Position numbers and translations under genes: made by a program. Positions 38,726 to 48,998 of a stretch of DNA of 64,000 nucleotides are shown one piece after another. Below the pieces are notes generated by a model. It worked only from the letters and a program-made list of their open reading frames with translations. It ran no database searches and was not told where the DNA came from. This DNA is from Polyangiaceae bacterium (lineage in GTDB: Bacteria; Myxococcota_A; Polyangia; Polyangiales; Polyangiaceae): NCBI GenBank assembly GCA_044222475.1, contig JBGANF010000017.1, positions 1 through 64,000 of the forward strand, written 5' to 3'. The number at the start of each line of letters is the position of its first letter. The stretch's first letter is position 1.

Positions 38726-40255
38726 TCACCACGCGCAGGGTGCGTAGTCCTTGAGGAACTTCCCCCACGTGTGCGTCCCGGTGATGAGGCCGGAGAAGAA
38801 CGGGTCACACACGCGCGCCGCGCCGTCGACGATGTCGAGCGGCGGCTCGAAGTCGTGGTCCCTCCGCTTGCGCGCGGAGAGCGCGGCGGGATCTTCGTCG
38901 GTGACCCATCCGGTGTCGACCGCGTTCATGAAGATGCCGTGCTCGGCGTAGTCCGGCGCGCTCGTCAGCGTCATCATGTTGAGCGCGGCCTTCGCCATGT
39001 TGGTGTGCGGGTGCTTGTCGGTCTTGGTGCGGCGCGAGAACTGACCCTCGACCGCCGACACGTTGACGATGTGCTTCTCGCCCGTCGGGTGCCGCATCAT
39101 CAGCGGCTTGAGCTTGCCGCACAGGATGAACGGCGCGACCGCGTTGACGAGCTGCACCTCGAGCATCTCCGGCGAGGCGACGTCGGCGAGCTTCTGACGC
39201 CAGCTGTTGACGGATCGAAGGTCGACCTGTTGCAGGTCGGCATCCATCCGTCCGACGGGGAAGAGCTCCGCGTCGTTCGTCGCGTCGTCGTAGGTTCGCG
39301 CGATCTGGGAGAGCAGCGCCGACGAGCGAATGCCGACCCCCGGGACGTCGCCCCGGAACTGGACGAGCCCGGCACCGGCAGTGAGCGCGGGCTCGCGTCG
39401 GTCGAGCCCCATGGCAGCCTTGCAGTCCTCGTGGCCGCGCAGGAGCGACTGCACCGCGCCCGGAAGCGCGTCGAACGGCCGCTCTTCGAGGTCGAGCATG
39501 TGGGCGTAGAAGCCGGGCGGGCGCCGCACGGTCTGCGCCGCGTTGTTGATCAGGATGTCGAGGCGATCGTGCGTGGTGTCGACGTAGCGGGCGAACAGCT
39601 CGACGCTCGGCGAGTGACGCAGGTCGAGGCCATGCACCTCGAGTCGGTCCTTCCAGGACTCGAAGTCCGGCTCGCGCGCGTACCGCGACGCGGCGTCTCG
39701 CGGGAAACGCGTCGTGACGATCACGCGAGCGCCCGCGCGCAGCATCATGAGCGCGGCTTGGAAACCGATCTTGATGCGCGCCCCGGTGATGAGCGCGACG
39801 CGTCCGTCGAGCGACGAGGTCTGGAAGCGTTTCCCGTAGTTCAGGTCGCCGCATGCGCCGCACATGGCGTCGTAGAAGAAGTGGACCTTCGTGAACTCGG
39901 TCTTGCACACGTAGCAGGCGCGTGGGTTCTTCAGCTCGGCCGGTTGGGTATCCGGCTCCGTGCCGGGCACGAGCTGCGGCGGCGCGGTGAACACGTCGTC
40001 GAGGCGCGCCACGCGGATGTGGGTCGCCGCGCGCACGGCGCGGTCGTGGTCCTGAGACTTCTTCCGCGTGATCCGCCGGAACGCCTTGGCGGTCGATCGG
40101 TTCTCGTCGCGGTTGGGACGCGACACGCGCCCGGCGGCGATCAAGAACGCGATGCGCAGGTCGTCGGGGACGCCGACCAGGCGCGTGCGGTCCTTGACGA
40201 CGGACTCGAGGATCTCGACGCACCGCTGGATCTCTTCCGGCGTGAAAGCTGGCAT
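38726..40255 (-). CDS. Extended SDR oxidoreductase with N-terminal Cys motif
   Basis: ALITGARIKIG; LINNAAQT; VNVSAVEG; HPHTNMAKAALNM; CYVC..CGAC. Confidence 0.85.
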   Translation of the reverse strand: MPAFTPEEIQRCVEILESVVKDRTRLVGVPDDLRIAFLIAAGRVSRPNRDENRSTAKAFRRITRKKSQDHDRAVRAATHIRVARLDDVFTAPPQLVPGTEPDTQPAELKNPRACYVCKTEFTKVHFFYDAMCGACGDLNYGKRFQTSSLDGRVALITGARIKIGFQAALMMLRAGARVIVTTRFPRDAASRYAREPDFESWKDRLEVHGLDLRHSPSVELFARYVDTTHDRLDILINNAAQTVRRPPGFYAHMLDLEERPFDALPGAVQSLLRGHEDCKAAMGLDRREPALTAGAGLVQFRGDVPGVGIRSSALLSQIARTYDDATNDAELFPVGRMDADLQQVDLRSVNSWRQKLADVASPEMLEVQLVNAVAPFILCGKLKPLMMRHPTGEKHIVNVSAVEGQFSRRTKTDKHPHTNMAKAALNMMTLTSAPDYAEHGIFMNAVDTGWVTDEDPAALSARKRRDHDFEPPLDIVDGAARVCDPFFSGLITGTHTWGKFLKDYAPCAW

Positions 40256-40306
40256 TGGGCGCTTCTTTAGCCGCGGGAGACGCCGCCGGCAAACGAACAC
40301 GACACG

Positions 40307-41728
40307 CTACGTTCCCAGGATCTCGCGGACGACTCGCTTGGCCGATGCCAGCGCACCGTGCATCCACCCGGGCCGCGGCGTCGTGTGGTCGCCGGCGAAG
40401 TGAATCCTCCGATCGGCGACCGCGAGCGCCGGCGCGAGGGTCGCGAACTGACCCTTCTTCATCCATGCGTGCGCACCGCGAGCCGTCGGGACGTCGTCCC
40501 AGGCGTGCTCGACGAACGTCTTCACCGCTTCCTTGGCTCCGGGGTGGGCCCGCTCGAGGTGCTCGAGGAAAGCCTTCTTGCGCTCGTCGGTTGCGAGCGC
40601 GCCGTAGGTGCGAGCGGCGTCGCCGGTGAGGTACGCGCCGAGCACGCCCGCGTTGCCCGCTTGCAGCTTCGTCTCGTCGCGGATCACGCCGAGCGGCTCG
40701 TCGGTCTGAACGTCACCGGACTCGCCTTGCTCGTTCCAGAAGCGCCGATCGAACGACGCGAACACGCGCGTCGCCGATGCCATCGGCAGCTCCATCACCG
40801 CGCGCGCCTTCGCGGTCGCGAGGGCGGGCACGATCTCGATGCGGCGGAGCACGGTGAACGGGATCGCCGACACGACGCGCACGGCGTCCATCTGCTGGAG
40901 CTGCCCGTCCTTGACGAACCCGACCCGCGCGCCGTCGTCGCGTTGCTCGATGCGCTTCACCTCGGCGCCGTACATCACGCGTGCTCCGAGGCCCTGCGCG
41001 AGCGCGGTCGGGAGTCGATCGCTGCCGCCCTCGATCCGTCCGCCGCCGGTCAGATCGAAATCGCGAAAGAACCCCGCCATCTGTTGGAGCAGGAACGCGG
41101 CGGAGATCTCGTCGAGGCGATCGGGGGTGAACCCGGCGGCGACCGACTTGATGTAGCCCGGTGACGCGCCGAGCGAGACGAGGAGCTCGAGCCCGCTCGC
41201 GCCGTCATACTTCGCGAACGTGCTCAGCGGGGCGTACGGGTCGACTCCTTTGGCGATGCCGAAGTAGCGCGCGACCCGACCGGGAAAGTCGAGTTTTCGC
41301 TCGTCCTCGCCGAGCACCGTGTGCGACGGTGGCTCGACGCCGGGATCGAACCGCGTGCGCTTGCCGTCGAACACCTCGATCGTCGCGAGGCCGTGCGGCG
41401 GTTTCGGCTTCACGATCGACACGCCTGCCGACTTGATCAGCTCGAGCAGATCCGGATCGCCGACGACGTGGGTCGCGCCGCACTCGACGTAAACGCCATC
41501 CCCGAACCCTTCGCGCAGCGTGAGGATGCGACCGCCGGGTCGGTTCTGGGCTTCGAGGACGACGACGTCGCGCCCCGCGGCCGCGAGATCGCGCGCGATG
41601 ACGAGGCCGGAGAGGCCGGCGCCGATGATCACGATCGGCGTCTTCGCCGAGCCCGGCCCGTTCGCCTTGGGGGCGCACGCCGCGAGCCCGAGCCCGACGG
41701 CTCCGAGGAGCAGCTGGCGTCGGTTCAC
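40307..41728 (-). CDS. Flavin amine / L-amino acid oxidase family, Tat-lipoprotein
   Basis: NRRQLL Tat motif + LAAC; IIGAGLSGL; EAQNRPGGR; FAGDHT..GWMHGA. Confidence 0.88.
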   Translation of the reverse strand: MNRRQLLLGAVGLGLAACAPKANGPGSAKTPIVIIGAGLSGLVIARDLAAAGRDVVVLEAQNRPGGRILTLREGFGDGVYVECGATHVVGDPDLLELIKSAGVSIVKPKPPHGLATIEVFDGKRTRFDPGVEPPSHTVLGEDERKLDFPGRVARYFGIAKGVDPYAPLSTFAKYDGASGLELLVSLGASPGYIKSVAAGFTPDRLDEISAAFLLQQMAGFFRDFDLTGGGRIEGGSDRLPTALAQGLGARVMYGAEVKRIEQRDDGARVGFVKDGQLQQMDAVRVVSAIPFTVLRRIEIVPALATAKARAVMELPMASATRVFASFDRRFWNEQGESGDVQTDEPLGVIRDETKLQAGNAGVLGAYLTGDAARTYGALATDERKKAFLEHLERAHPGAKEAVKTFVEHAWDDVPTARGAHAWMKKGQFATLAPALAVADRRIHFAGDHTTPRPGWMHGALASAKRVVREILGT

Positions 41729-42894
41729 TTCGTGGCCGTCTCGTGGATGTCCGCGCGACCGTAGAGGTACGTGATGTCCTTCGTCATCAGTCCACCTTTG
41801 GAGAGGACACCGCGGACTCGCAGGTGCTTGGCCTCGCCAGCGATCACGACCTCGCTGATGCCGACGTCGACGGGGACGGCGGCGATTGGAAGATCGCGCG
41901 TATCCTCGGGACGAAAGACGACCAGCGCACAGCCGAACGGCTTGCCGTGCTCCGCGCCGGCGCAACCCGACGACACTTGAAGGAGCTCGTTGGGAACCGG
42001 CCGCCACGTCCACGCGCTGGTGACGAAGAAGCCCTTGCCGGGCGGAACGACGCCGCCTTGCGTCGCTCGCGCGACGCGCCCGACGCGGGCTGCGTCCGGC
42101 TTCAGGTTGGGCTCGAGCGTGCGGCCGGTGGCGAGCTTGAGCTCGACCTTGGCGCCGTTCACCTCGCCCTTGCAGCAACGGAAGCCCATCGTGGGCTCCT
42201 TCGAGGTGACGCTGCGGCCGAGCGAGTTCGAGCAGCGCCCGACCAGCTCGCCGGCGGTCGCGTTGCCGCCGCGCAGGACGCCGAGGTTCGGATCGCTCTT
42301 TCCGCGTCCCCACTGGCTCTGGGTCCACTCCCACACGCCGCCGTGCATCTCGAGAACGCCGAAGCCGCTCTTGCACGCGATGCGATCGCCGGCCGGGCGG
42401 CGCGATGCTTCGTCGGCGCTGACGCCGGTGCCGCAGGATCCGGCCTTGTAGACGTCGCCGTAGTCGTACGTGGTGTTCTCCGGCCCTTTGCACGCGCGCT
42501 CCCACTCGAGCTCGGTGCACAGTCGCTTCCCCTGCGCGCCGCAGAGACGCTCGGCGTCGTCGCGGGTGACGTTCGACGTCGCGATCGCTCCGCGCTCGTT
42601 CGGGTAGGGGAGGAGATCGATGTAGAATGCATTCATCTCGACTTCGTCGCCCGCGAGCTCCTCGTCGGCGATGCGCGGGACGCGATCGCGAGGAGTTCCG
42701 GCGACGAGCTTCCCCGCCGGGATGAAGATCATGCCGCGCTCGTTCGGCGCGGCCGAGCTGCTCGGCTGCGGCGCGGCGGTGCTCACCGCGACCGAGGCGC
42801 TGGCCTCCGGGCCGACGCCTTCGGTCTTGGAGCACGCGGCGAACGCGAGCGCGCCGCACGATGCGATCAGTACTGCGATCGGCGCGCGGCGCAT
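41725..42894 (-). CDS. FGE-sulfatase (SUMF1-like) domain lipoprotein
   Basis: Lipobox FAAC; GKRLCTELEWERAC; EMHGGVWEW; LRGG; GFRCC. Confidence 0.85.
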   Translation of the reverse strand: MRRAPIAVLIASCGALAFAACSKTEGVGPEASASVAVSTAAPQPSSSAAPNERGMIFIPAGKLVAGTPRDRVPRIADEELAGDEVEMNAFYIDLLPYPNERGAIATSNVTRDDAERLCGAQGKRLCTELEWERACKGPENTTYDYGDVYKAGSCGTGVSADEASRRPAGDRIACKSGFGVLEMHGGVWEWTQSQWGRGKSDPNLGVLRGGNATAGELVGRCSNSLGRSVTSKEPTMGFRCCKGEVNGAKVELKLATGRTLEPNLKPDAARVGRVARATQGGVVPPGKGFFVTSAWTWRPVPNELLQVSSGCAGAEHGKPFGCALVVFRPEDTRDLPIAAVPVDVGISEVVIAGEAKHLRVRGVLSKGGLMTKDITYLYGRADIHETATK

Positions 42895-42898
42895 CTCT

Positions 42899-44329
42899 TC
42901 AGTCGACCTTCTCCCCCGCGCCGCCGCCTTCGCGGAGACCGAGCTCCTTCATCTTCAGCTGCAGACCCTTGCGCGAGATCTTCAAGAGCCGCGCGGCGTG
43001 CGTCACGTTGCCCTTCGTCTGCTCCAGCGCGCGCCCGACGAGCTCTCGCTCGAGGCGACTCATCGCGTACTTCACGTGCTCCTTGAGCCCGCCCTCGGCG
43101 GGCAGCGGTGCGATCGAGCCGCTGGCGCTCACCGGCGGTGGCGTCGAGGTCGCGCCGCCGCGAACCTCCTGCGGGAGATCGCCGGCCTTGAGCTTGCCGC
43201 CGTCGCAGAAGAGCACGGCGCGCTCGATCACGTTCTCGAGCTCGCGGATGTTTCCCGGCCACGAGTGCGCCGAGAGGATCTCCATCGCCTCGGGCTCGAC
43301 CCCGGTCACGTGCTTCTTCAGCCGCTCGTTGAACTTGGCGAGAAAGTGGTCCACGAGGGCCGGGATGTCGGAGCCGCGCTCGCGCAACGCGGGCAACCGA
43401 ATCGGCACCACGTTGAGGCGATAGAAGAGATCCTCGCGGAACGATCCGGCGGCGATGAGCTTCTTGAGATCCCGATTGGTCGCGGTGACGAGCCGAACGT
43501 CGACGCGGATCGTCTTGATGCCGCCGACGCGCTCGAACTCGCTCTCCTGCAGCGCGCGGAGGAGCTTCACCTGCATCTCGACCGGGACCTCGCCGATCTC
43601 GTCGAGGAAGAGGGTGCCGCCGTTGGCGAGCTCGAAGCGTCCGGGCTTGCTCGTGACGGCGCCGGTGAACGCGCCGCGCTCGTACCCGAACAGCTCGCTC
43701 TCGATGAGCTCCTTTGGGATCGCGGCGCAGTTGACCTTGATGAACGGTCGCGTCTTGCGCGACGAGTGGTCGTGCAGCGCGCGCGCCACCAGCTCCTTGC
43801 CCGTGCCGCTCTCGCCGGTGATGAGCACCGTCGTCGGAGTGTCGGCCACGCGCTCGAGGACCGCGTACAGCTCGGCGATCCCCGGCGAGCTGCCGATGAT
43901 GCCGAAGCGCGCGCCGACCGCGCCCTTGGCTTCGGTGGCCTCTTCGCCGGCGAGCTCCTTGGTGCGCAGCGCCTTCGCGACGATCTGCCGGACCTCGTCC
44001 TTGTCGAACGGCTTCGTCAGGTAGTCGAACGCACCGAGCTTCAGCGCTTCGACCGCGGTGTCGACGGTGCCGTGCGCGGTGATCATCACGATCGGCAGGT
44101 CCGGCATCTCCGAGAGCGCCTCGCGGAGGAGCTGCATGCCGTCGACCTTGGGCATCTTCAGGTCGGTGATGACCATGTCGATGTGGTTCTCGCGGAGGAG
44201 GGCGAGGCCTTGCTCGCCGTCTTCCGCGGTCATCACGTCGTAGCCGTCGCGGCTCAGCTGTGCGGACAGGATTTTTCGCAGGTTCGGCTCGTCGTCGACG
44301 ATGAGGACCTGCTTCTTTTCCGGGAGCAT
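42899..44329 (-). CDS. Sigma-54-dependent response regulator (NtrC family)
   Basis: REC (VDDE, TDLKMP); GESGTGKE; GAFTGA; FLDEIGE; WPGNIREL; Fis-type HTH. Confidence 0.97.
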   Translation of the reverse strand: MLPEKKQVLIVDDEPNLRKILSAQLSRDGYDVMTAEDGEQGLALLRENHIDMVITDLKMPKVDGMQLLREALSEMPDLPIVMITAHGTVDTAVEALKLGAFDYLTKPFDKDEVRQIVAKALRTKELAGEEATEAKGAVGARFGIIGSSPGIAELYAVLERVADTPTTVLITGESGTGKELVARALHDHSSRKTRPFIKVNCAAIPKELIESELFGYERGAFTGAVTSKPGRFELANGGTLFLDEIGEVPVEMQVKLLRALQESEFERVGGIKTIRVDVRLVTATNRDLKKLIAAGSFREDLFYRLNVVPIRLPALRERGSDIPALVDHFLAKFNERLKKHVTGVEPEAMEILSAHSWPGNIRELENVIERAVLFCDGGKLKAGDLPQEVRGGATSTPPPVSASGSIAPLPAEGGLKEHVKYAMSRLERELVGRALEQTKGNVTHAARLLKISRKGLQLKMKELGLREGGGAGEKVD

Positions 44330-44407
44330 GGACCGCGCATGGTAGCAGGGTTGGGCTGCGCCCAACGAGGCATGAGCCTCGGAAAGCCTGGACGCGTGCT
44401 CAGTCTC

Positions 44408-44743
44408 TCACCGGCCGGCATACGACGACGACGCTTCGTCGTCTTCGTCGAATCCCAAGTCGGGACGGCGCTCGGTCGGTGCCTCGTGGACGTGGAGCAC
44501 GTGCTCGACGGGTGACGAGATCACGGTCCCGCCGTCGGTTGCGAAGCACAGGTGTTGCCCGGCGTGCGGCACCTGCTCCGAGATCGGTGCGTAGACGCTT
44601 CCTTTGGCGAACGCGCCGGCGAGCTGTGCTCCCAGCGCCGGATGGTCGACAGCGGCTCGCTGCGTCTTGCGATCCGCGACCTTGGTCACGAAATCGTCGC
44701 GAACGTAGTAGATGCTCCGCCCCGTCACGAAGACCCGTCGCAT
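44408..44743 (-). CDS. Hypothetical protein
   Basis: 111-aa ORF filling the gap; GC3-rich codons; acidic tail. Confidence 0.6.
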   Translation of the reverse strand: MRRVFVTGRSIYYVRDDFVTKVADRKTQRAAVDHPALGAQLAGAFAKGSVYAPISEQVPHAGQHLCFATDGGTVISSPVEHVLHVHEAPTERRPDLGFDEDDEASSSYAGR

Positions 44744-44755
44744 GCCCGTGTAGTT

Positions 44756-44771
44756 TGCAAAAGGCGCGCCG
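44756..44771 (-). promoter_or_regulatory. Candidate sigma-54 (-24/-12) promoter
   Basis: Minus strand CGGCGCGCCTTTTGCA fits GG-N10-GC with TTGCA; ends 12 nt before the ATG at 44743. Confidence 0.45.
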
Positions 44772-44828
44772 CGTCATGATTTCGCGGGGATGGGTCGCGC
44801 GAGGACCCATCGGCGATGCAACGGTGCG

Positions 44829-45659
44829 CTAAGGCGATTTCACTTCTGAAACGTCGGCCACGTCACTCACCCACGCGTCGATGAGGCGGCGCGCGATGCT
44901 CACGGTCGGCGGCACGAGCGGCAGCTCGTTCGCGTCGAACCAACGCGCCTCGGCGATCTCTTCGCCGTCGATCGCGATCTCGCCGGCGGCGTGGTCGGCG
45001 GTGAAGCCGATCATGAGCTGGTGCGGAAACGGCCACGGCTGGCTGCCGAAGTAGCGGACGTTCTTCACTTCGACGCCGACCTCTTCCCTGATCTCGCGCG
45101 CGATCGTCTCTTCGAGCGACTCGCCCGCTTCGACGAAGCCGGCGAGCGTGCTGAAGAACGGCAGCGGGAACCTCCCCGACCGAGCGAGCAGCGCCTGGTC
45201 GCCGCGTCGCACGAGCACGATCACGGCGGGTGTGACGCGCGGGTACTGGACGAGCTTGCACGTGGGGCAAGTGATCGCGCGCTCGCCGCGGGTGTGCTCG
45301 GTCGGCGTGGCGCAGCGCCCGCAGAAGCGGTGCGTGTCGAGGAACGCGGCGATCTGCGTCGCGCGGCCGGCGACGGCGAACGTCTCGTCGCCGAAGCGTC
45401 CGAAGAGGTTTCGCAGGCCGCTCACCGAGAAGGGCGCCGGCGGATCGTCGCTGGTCGAGAGCACGAAGACGTCCTCTCCGTCGAGACGCCCGAGGTAGTG
45501 CGCACCGGCGGGATCGAGCCCTGCGTCGCGCACCTCGGCTCCGGAGAGCCACGGCGCCGCCTCACCGCGCGCGAGGACGAGTCCTTTGCGATGGACGACG
45601 AAGTACCGCGGCGAAGGCGAGAGCGACGCCGGGGGGACGACCGAAGGTTCGAACGCCAC
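44829..45659 (-). CDS. nudC: NADH pyrophosphatase / NAD-cap decapping enzyme
   Basis: HRFCGRCA..CPTC..YPR; AGFVEAGESLEETIAREIREEVG; SQPWPFP. Confidence 0.93.
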   Translation of the reverse strand: MAFEPSVVPPASLSPSPRYFVVHRKGLVLARGEAAPWLSGAEVRDAGLDPAGAHYLGRLDGEDVFVLSTSDDPPAPFSVSGLRNLFGRFGDETFAVAGRATQIAAFLDTHRFCGRCATPTEHTRGERAITCPTCKLVQYPRVTPAVIVLVRRGDQALLARSGRFPLPFFSTLAGFVEAGESLEETIAREIREEVGVEVKNVRYFGSQPWPFPHQLMIGFTADHAAGEIAIDGEEIAEARWFDANELPLVPPTVSIARRLIDAWVSDVADVSEVKSP

Positions 45660-46792
45660 TAGAGCGACGCTTCGTAGAGCTTCGCGAGATCGTCTCGCGT
45701 GCACGGCCGCGGGTTCGACCGGTGGCACGCGTCCTCGATGGCCTTCGCGCTCAGCTTGTCGATGTCGGCCTTGGTCACGCCCTCGGCGCCGAGACCGTTC
45801 GGCAGCCCGACCTTCTCGCGGAGTGCGCGGATCGCCGACTCGCAGCTCGCCGCGCTCGCGTCGAAGATGCGCTTCACGCGAACGAGCTTGTCCGCCACGA
45901 CGCTCTCGTTGAAGGCGATCGTGGCCGGGAGACACAGCGCGTTGGCGAGCCCGTGGTGCATCCCCTTCTCGCTCGAGAGCGGGTGGGCGAGCGAGTGGCA
46001 CGCACCGAGCCCCTTTTGGAACGCGACCGCGCCCATCATGGCGGCCTTCATCATGCCGCCGCGCGCTTCGAGGTCGTCTCCCTTCGAGACCGCGCGCGCG
46101 ATGTGCGCCGCGCAGAGCTCGAGGCCCATGAGCGCGATCCCATCGGCCATCGGGTGATCGCCGAGCGACACGTACGCCTCGAGGCAGTGGGTCAACGCGT
46201 CGAACCCGGTCGCAGCGGTGATCTTCGCCGGCATCGACACGGTGAGCGCGGGATCGAGGATGGCGACCTTCGCCAGGAGGTACGGCGAGAAGATCACCGT
46301 CTTCCGTCCGTTGGCGGCGAGCGTGACGACGCCGGAGCGTCCGACCTCGCTGCCGGTTCCAGCCGTCGTCGGGATCGTGATGAGCGACGGCACGTTCGAC
46401 GTGATGAACGCGTCACCTCCGGTCGCGTCGTCGTAGTCGACCAGCGGACGCTCGTGCGTGGTCTTGAGCGCGATGAGCTTCGCGGTGTCGAGCGGGGAGC
46501 CGCCGCCCACCGCGACGATGAAGTCCGCGCCGGACTGCTTGTAGGCTGCAACTCCGTCGAAGACGTTCTTCTCGACCGGGTTCGGATCGACGCCGTCGAA
46601 CACGGTGGCGGCGATGCCTCCTGCGGTGAGCGTCTTCGTCACTTGGTCGACGAGGCCCGCCTTCTTGACGCCGGCGTCGGCGACGACGAGCGCGTGCTTG
46701 CCGAGCTTCTTGCCGTGCTCCGGCAGCGATGCGAGCGCGCCCGCGCCGAACACGATGGTGGTGGGAAACGACCAACGAACCAGGCTTGCCAT
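45659..46792 (-). CDS. Iron-containing alcohol dehydrogenase
   Basis: GGGSPLD; IPTTAGTGSE; DALTHCLE; CHSLAH; HHGLAN. Confidence 0.93.
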   Translation of the reverse strand: MASLVRWSFPTTIVFGAGALASLPEHGKKLGKHALVVADAGVKKAGLVDQVTKTLTAGGIAATVFDGVDPNPVEKNVFDGVAAYKQSGADFIVAVGGGSPLDTAKLIALKTTHERPLVDYDDATGGDAFITSNVPSLITIPTTAGTGSEVGRSGVVTLAANGRKTVIFSPYLLAKVAILDPALTVSMPAKITAATGFDALTHCLEAYVSLGDHPMADGIALMGLELCAAHIARAVSKGDDLEARGGMMKAAMMGAVAFQKGLGACHSLAHPLSSEKGMHHGLANALCLPATIAFNESVVADKLVRVKRIFDASAASCESAIRALREKVGLPNGLGAEGVTKADIDKLSAKAIEDACHRSNPRPCTRDDLAKLYEASL

Positions 46793-46812
46793 GGCCCGAT
46801 TCCTAGCACTCC

Positions 46813-47574
46813 TCAGTAGAGAGGAGGAGGGCCGTAGCCGCCGTATCCTCCTGGATAGGGAGGGGGTGGAGGTGGCGGACCGAACGCGGGCCCTTCGGGG
46901 ATCTCTCGCAGCAAGAAGTAGAGCGTCGCGAGAGCGCCCAGCGCGGGCAGCAGGAGCCCGGTGAACATGAGATCGTAGGAGATGCCGCCGTAGCGCCCCC
47001 CGACGCCGCTGCCGTATGGATCGTCGGGCTCCATCACGGTGAGGACGAGGCTGCCGACGCGCCAGATCCCGACGAGCGACCCGACGATCGCGTTGGTGGC
47101 CGCGCCGAAGCGGACGCCCGTCTGCTGCGCGGTGAGCATCACGAGCGGGACGAGGCAGCCCCACGCCGCGGTGTAGACGAACCAGACGACCGTCTGCATG
47201 CCGCTCCCGTAGCCGAAGCCCGAGTACGAGACGCGCTGGTAGAGCGAGTAGAGGAGCGCGACGAGAAAGCACGCGAAGCCGGACCACGCGCTGAGCTGAA
47301 CGCCGAACGCGCGGGGCAAGCGCGACATCATCACGAGCCCGACGAGCAGGACGACGTACCCGCACGCGCGGATCCAGAAGAACATCTGGTACACGCCGTA
47401 ACCAAGGTGGGCGAGCGTCGCCAACGTGGAGAGGAGGTCGAGCGCGAGGAACCCGACGAGCGCGCCGCCGAGGATCATCGCGCCGGTCTTCACCCCGCTC
47501 AGCGGGTTCTGCTGCATGTACGGCGAGCCGTAGCCCGGGCCGTAAGGCCCCATCGGGGGATACTGACCGTACAT
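46813..47574 (-). CDS. Membrane protein with Pro/Gly/Tyr-rich termini
   Basis: About six hydrophobic helices flanked by YGQYPPMGPYG and PPPPPPPYPGGYG. Confidence 0.7.
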   Translation of the reverse strand: MYGQYPPMGPYGPGYGSPYMQQNPLSGVKTGAMILGGALVGFLALDLLSTLATLAHLGYGVYQMFFWIRACGYVVLLVGLVMMSRLPRAFGVQLSAWSGFACFLVALLYSLYQRVSYSGFGYGSGMQTVVWFVYTAAWGCLVPLVMLTAQQTGVRFGAATNAIVGSLVGIWRVGSLVLTVMEPDDPYGSGVGGRYGGISYDLMFTGLLLPALGALATLYFLLREIPEGPAFGPPPPPPPYPGGYGGYGPPPLY

Positions 47575-47604
47575 GGTGGTGACGCTATCACGGCGCCATC
47601 GCCG

Positions 47605-48960
47605 TCAGATGGTCTCGAAGTAGCGCTTCAGCTCCCACTCGGTCACGGCGCGTTCGTACTGGCGCGCTTCCCAGTCGCGCGTGCGCACGTAGTGATCGAC
47701 GAAGGGGGCGCCGAGGATCGCGCGCGCCGCTTGGCTCGCCTCGAGCCGGCTGACCGCTTCGCGCAGCGTGCGCGGCACGCGGCGTGACGCTTCGGGAACG
47801 GCCGACGCATCGCCGGACGCTTCCTTGCCGGGATCGATGCGCTTCTCGATCCCGTGGAGGCCGGCGCCGAGCGCCGTCGCGATCGCGACGTACGGGTTCA
47901 TGTCGGCCGCGGTCTGGCGATACTCGAGGCGCGTCGCCTTGCCGCCGGGGATCACGCGGAGCGCGCAGGTGCGATTCTCGACGCCCCACGTCGCGGTCAT
48001 CGGCGCCCAGACTCCGGGCACGTAGCGTTTGTAGCTGTTCACCGTCGGCGAGTAGAGCGCGGTGAGCTCCGGCATCAGCGCGAGCTGCCCGCCCATGTAG
48101 TGCCGCGCGAGCTCGCTGAGCTGGTTCGGTTGGCTGTCGTCTTGGAACAGGTTCGTCTTTTGGTCGCCGCTCCACAGCGACTGGTGGAGGTGGCCGCTCG
48201 ATCCCGGAAGGTCCGCGTTCCACTTCGCCATGAACGTCGGCATCACGCCGCGCCGCGCGCAGAGCTGCTTCATCCCGGTCTTGAACAGGGCGGCTTTGTC
48301 GGCCATCCGCAGCGCGTCGTCGTAGCGGATCGCGACCTCGTAGACGCCCGGGCCGGTCTCGGTGTGGAGCGCCTCGATCGGGATGTCGAACGCGCCCATC
48401 TCGTCGAGGATGGCGTGACAGAGCTCGCTGTTCTGGCCCTCGCGCACCCACGAGTAGCCGAACATGCCGGGCGTCAGCGACTCGAGATCGCGGAAGCGCT
48501 TCTGCGCGAGCGACTGCGGCGTCTCGCGAAACATGAAGAACTCGTACTCGGCGCCGAAGAGCGGGCGGTATCCGGCGGCGTTGGCCTTGCCGACCATCGC
48601 CTTCAGCAGCGAGCGCGGACACGCCGGGTGCGGCTTGCCGTCCTTCGTGACGAAGTCGACGAGGAACGCTGCCGTCCCCGGCTCCCACGGGATCACGCGA
48701 AACGTCGAGAGGTCGATCGTCGCGTGGATGTCCGGATAGCCGGTGTGCCATCCGGTGACGTTCGCGTTGTCGTACAGAACGTCGGCCATGTCCCAGCCGA
48801 AGATGACGTCGCAGAAGCCGAAGCCCGAGTCGATCATGCCCCAGAACTTCTCGAGCGCGACGAACTTGCCTCGCAGAACGCCGTCGATGTCGAACCCGCC
48901 GACCTTGACCTTGGTGATGCCCTTCTCACGGAAGGTTTCGCGCAGCTCTTTTGCGTCCAT
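47605..48960 (-). CDS. Glutamine synthetase-like protein (gamma-glutamyl-amine ligase, PuuA-like)
   Basis: DIDGVLRGK; GAEYEFF; HTETGPGVYE; TFMAK..GSSGHLHQS; ENRTCALR; LEYR; NPY. Confidence 0.9.
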   Translation of the reverse strand: MDAKELRETFREKGITKVKVGGFDIDGVLRGKFVALEKFWGMIDSGFGFCDVIFGWDMADVLYDNANVTGWHTGYPDIHATIDLSTFRVIPWEPGTAAFLVDFVTKDGKPHPACPRSLLKAMVGKANAAGYRPLFGAEYEFFMFRETPQSLAQKRFRDLESLTPGMFGYSWVREGQNSELCHAILDEMGAFDIPIEALHTETGPGVYEVAIRYDDALRMADKAALFKTGMKQLCARRGVMPTFMAKWNADLPGSSGHLHQSLWSGDQKTNLFQDDSQPNQLSELARHYMGGQLALMPELTALYSPTVNSYKRYVPGVWAPMTATWGVENRTCALRVIPGGKATRLEYRQTAADMNPYVAIATALGAGLHGIEKRIDPGKEASGDASAVPEASRRVPRTLREAVSRLEASQAARAILGAPFVDHYVRTRDWEARQYERAVTEWELKRYFETI

Positions 48961-48998
48961 GGGCGAACGGTAGCTGCGCTCGCCGGTCAAACCAAGAG

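Noticed and set aside
47605..48960. Calling this gene glnA
   Set aside because: The sequence and the Fe-ADH/agmatinase context fit GS-like gamma-glutamyl ligases better; symbol withheld.
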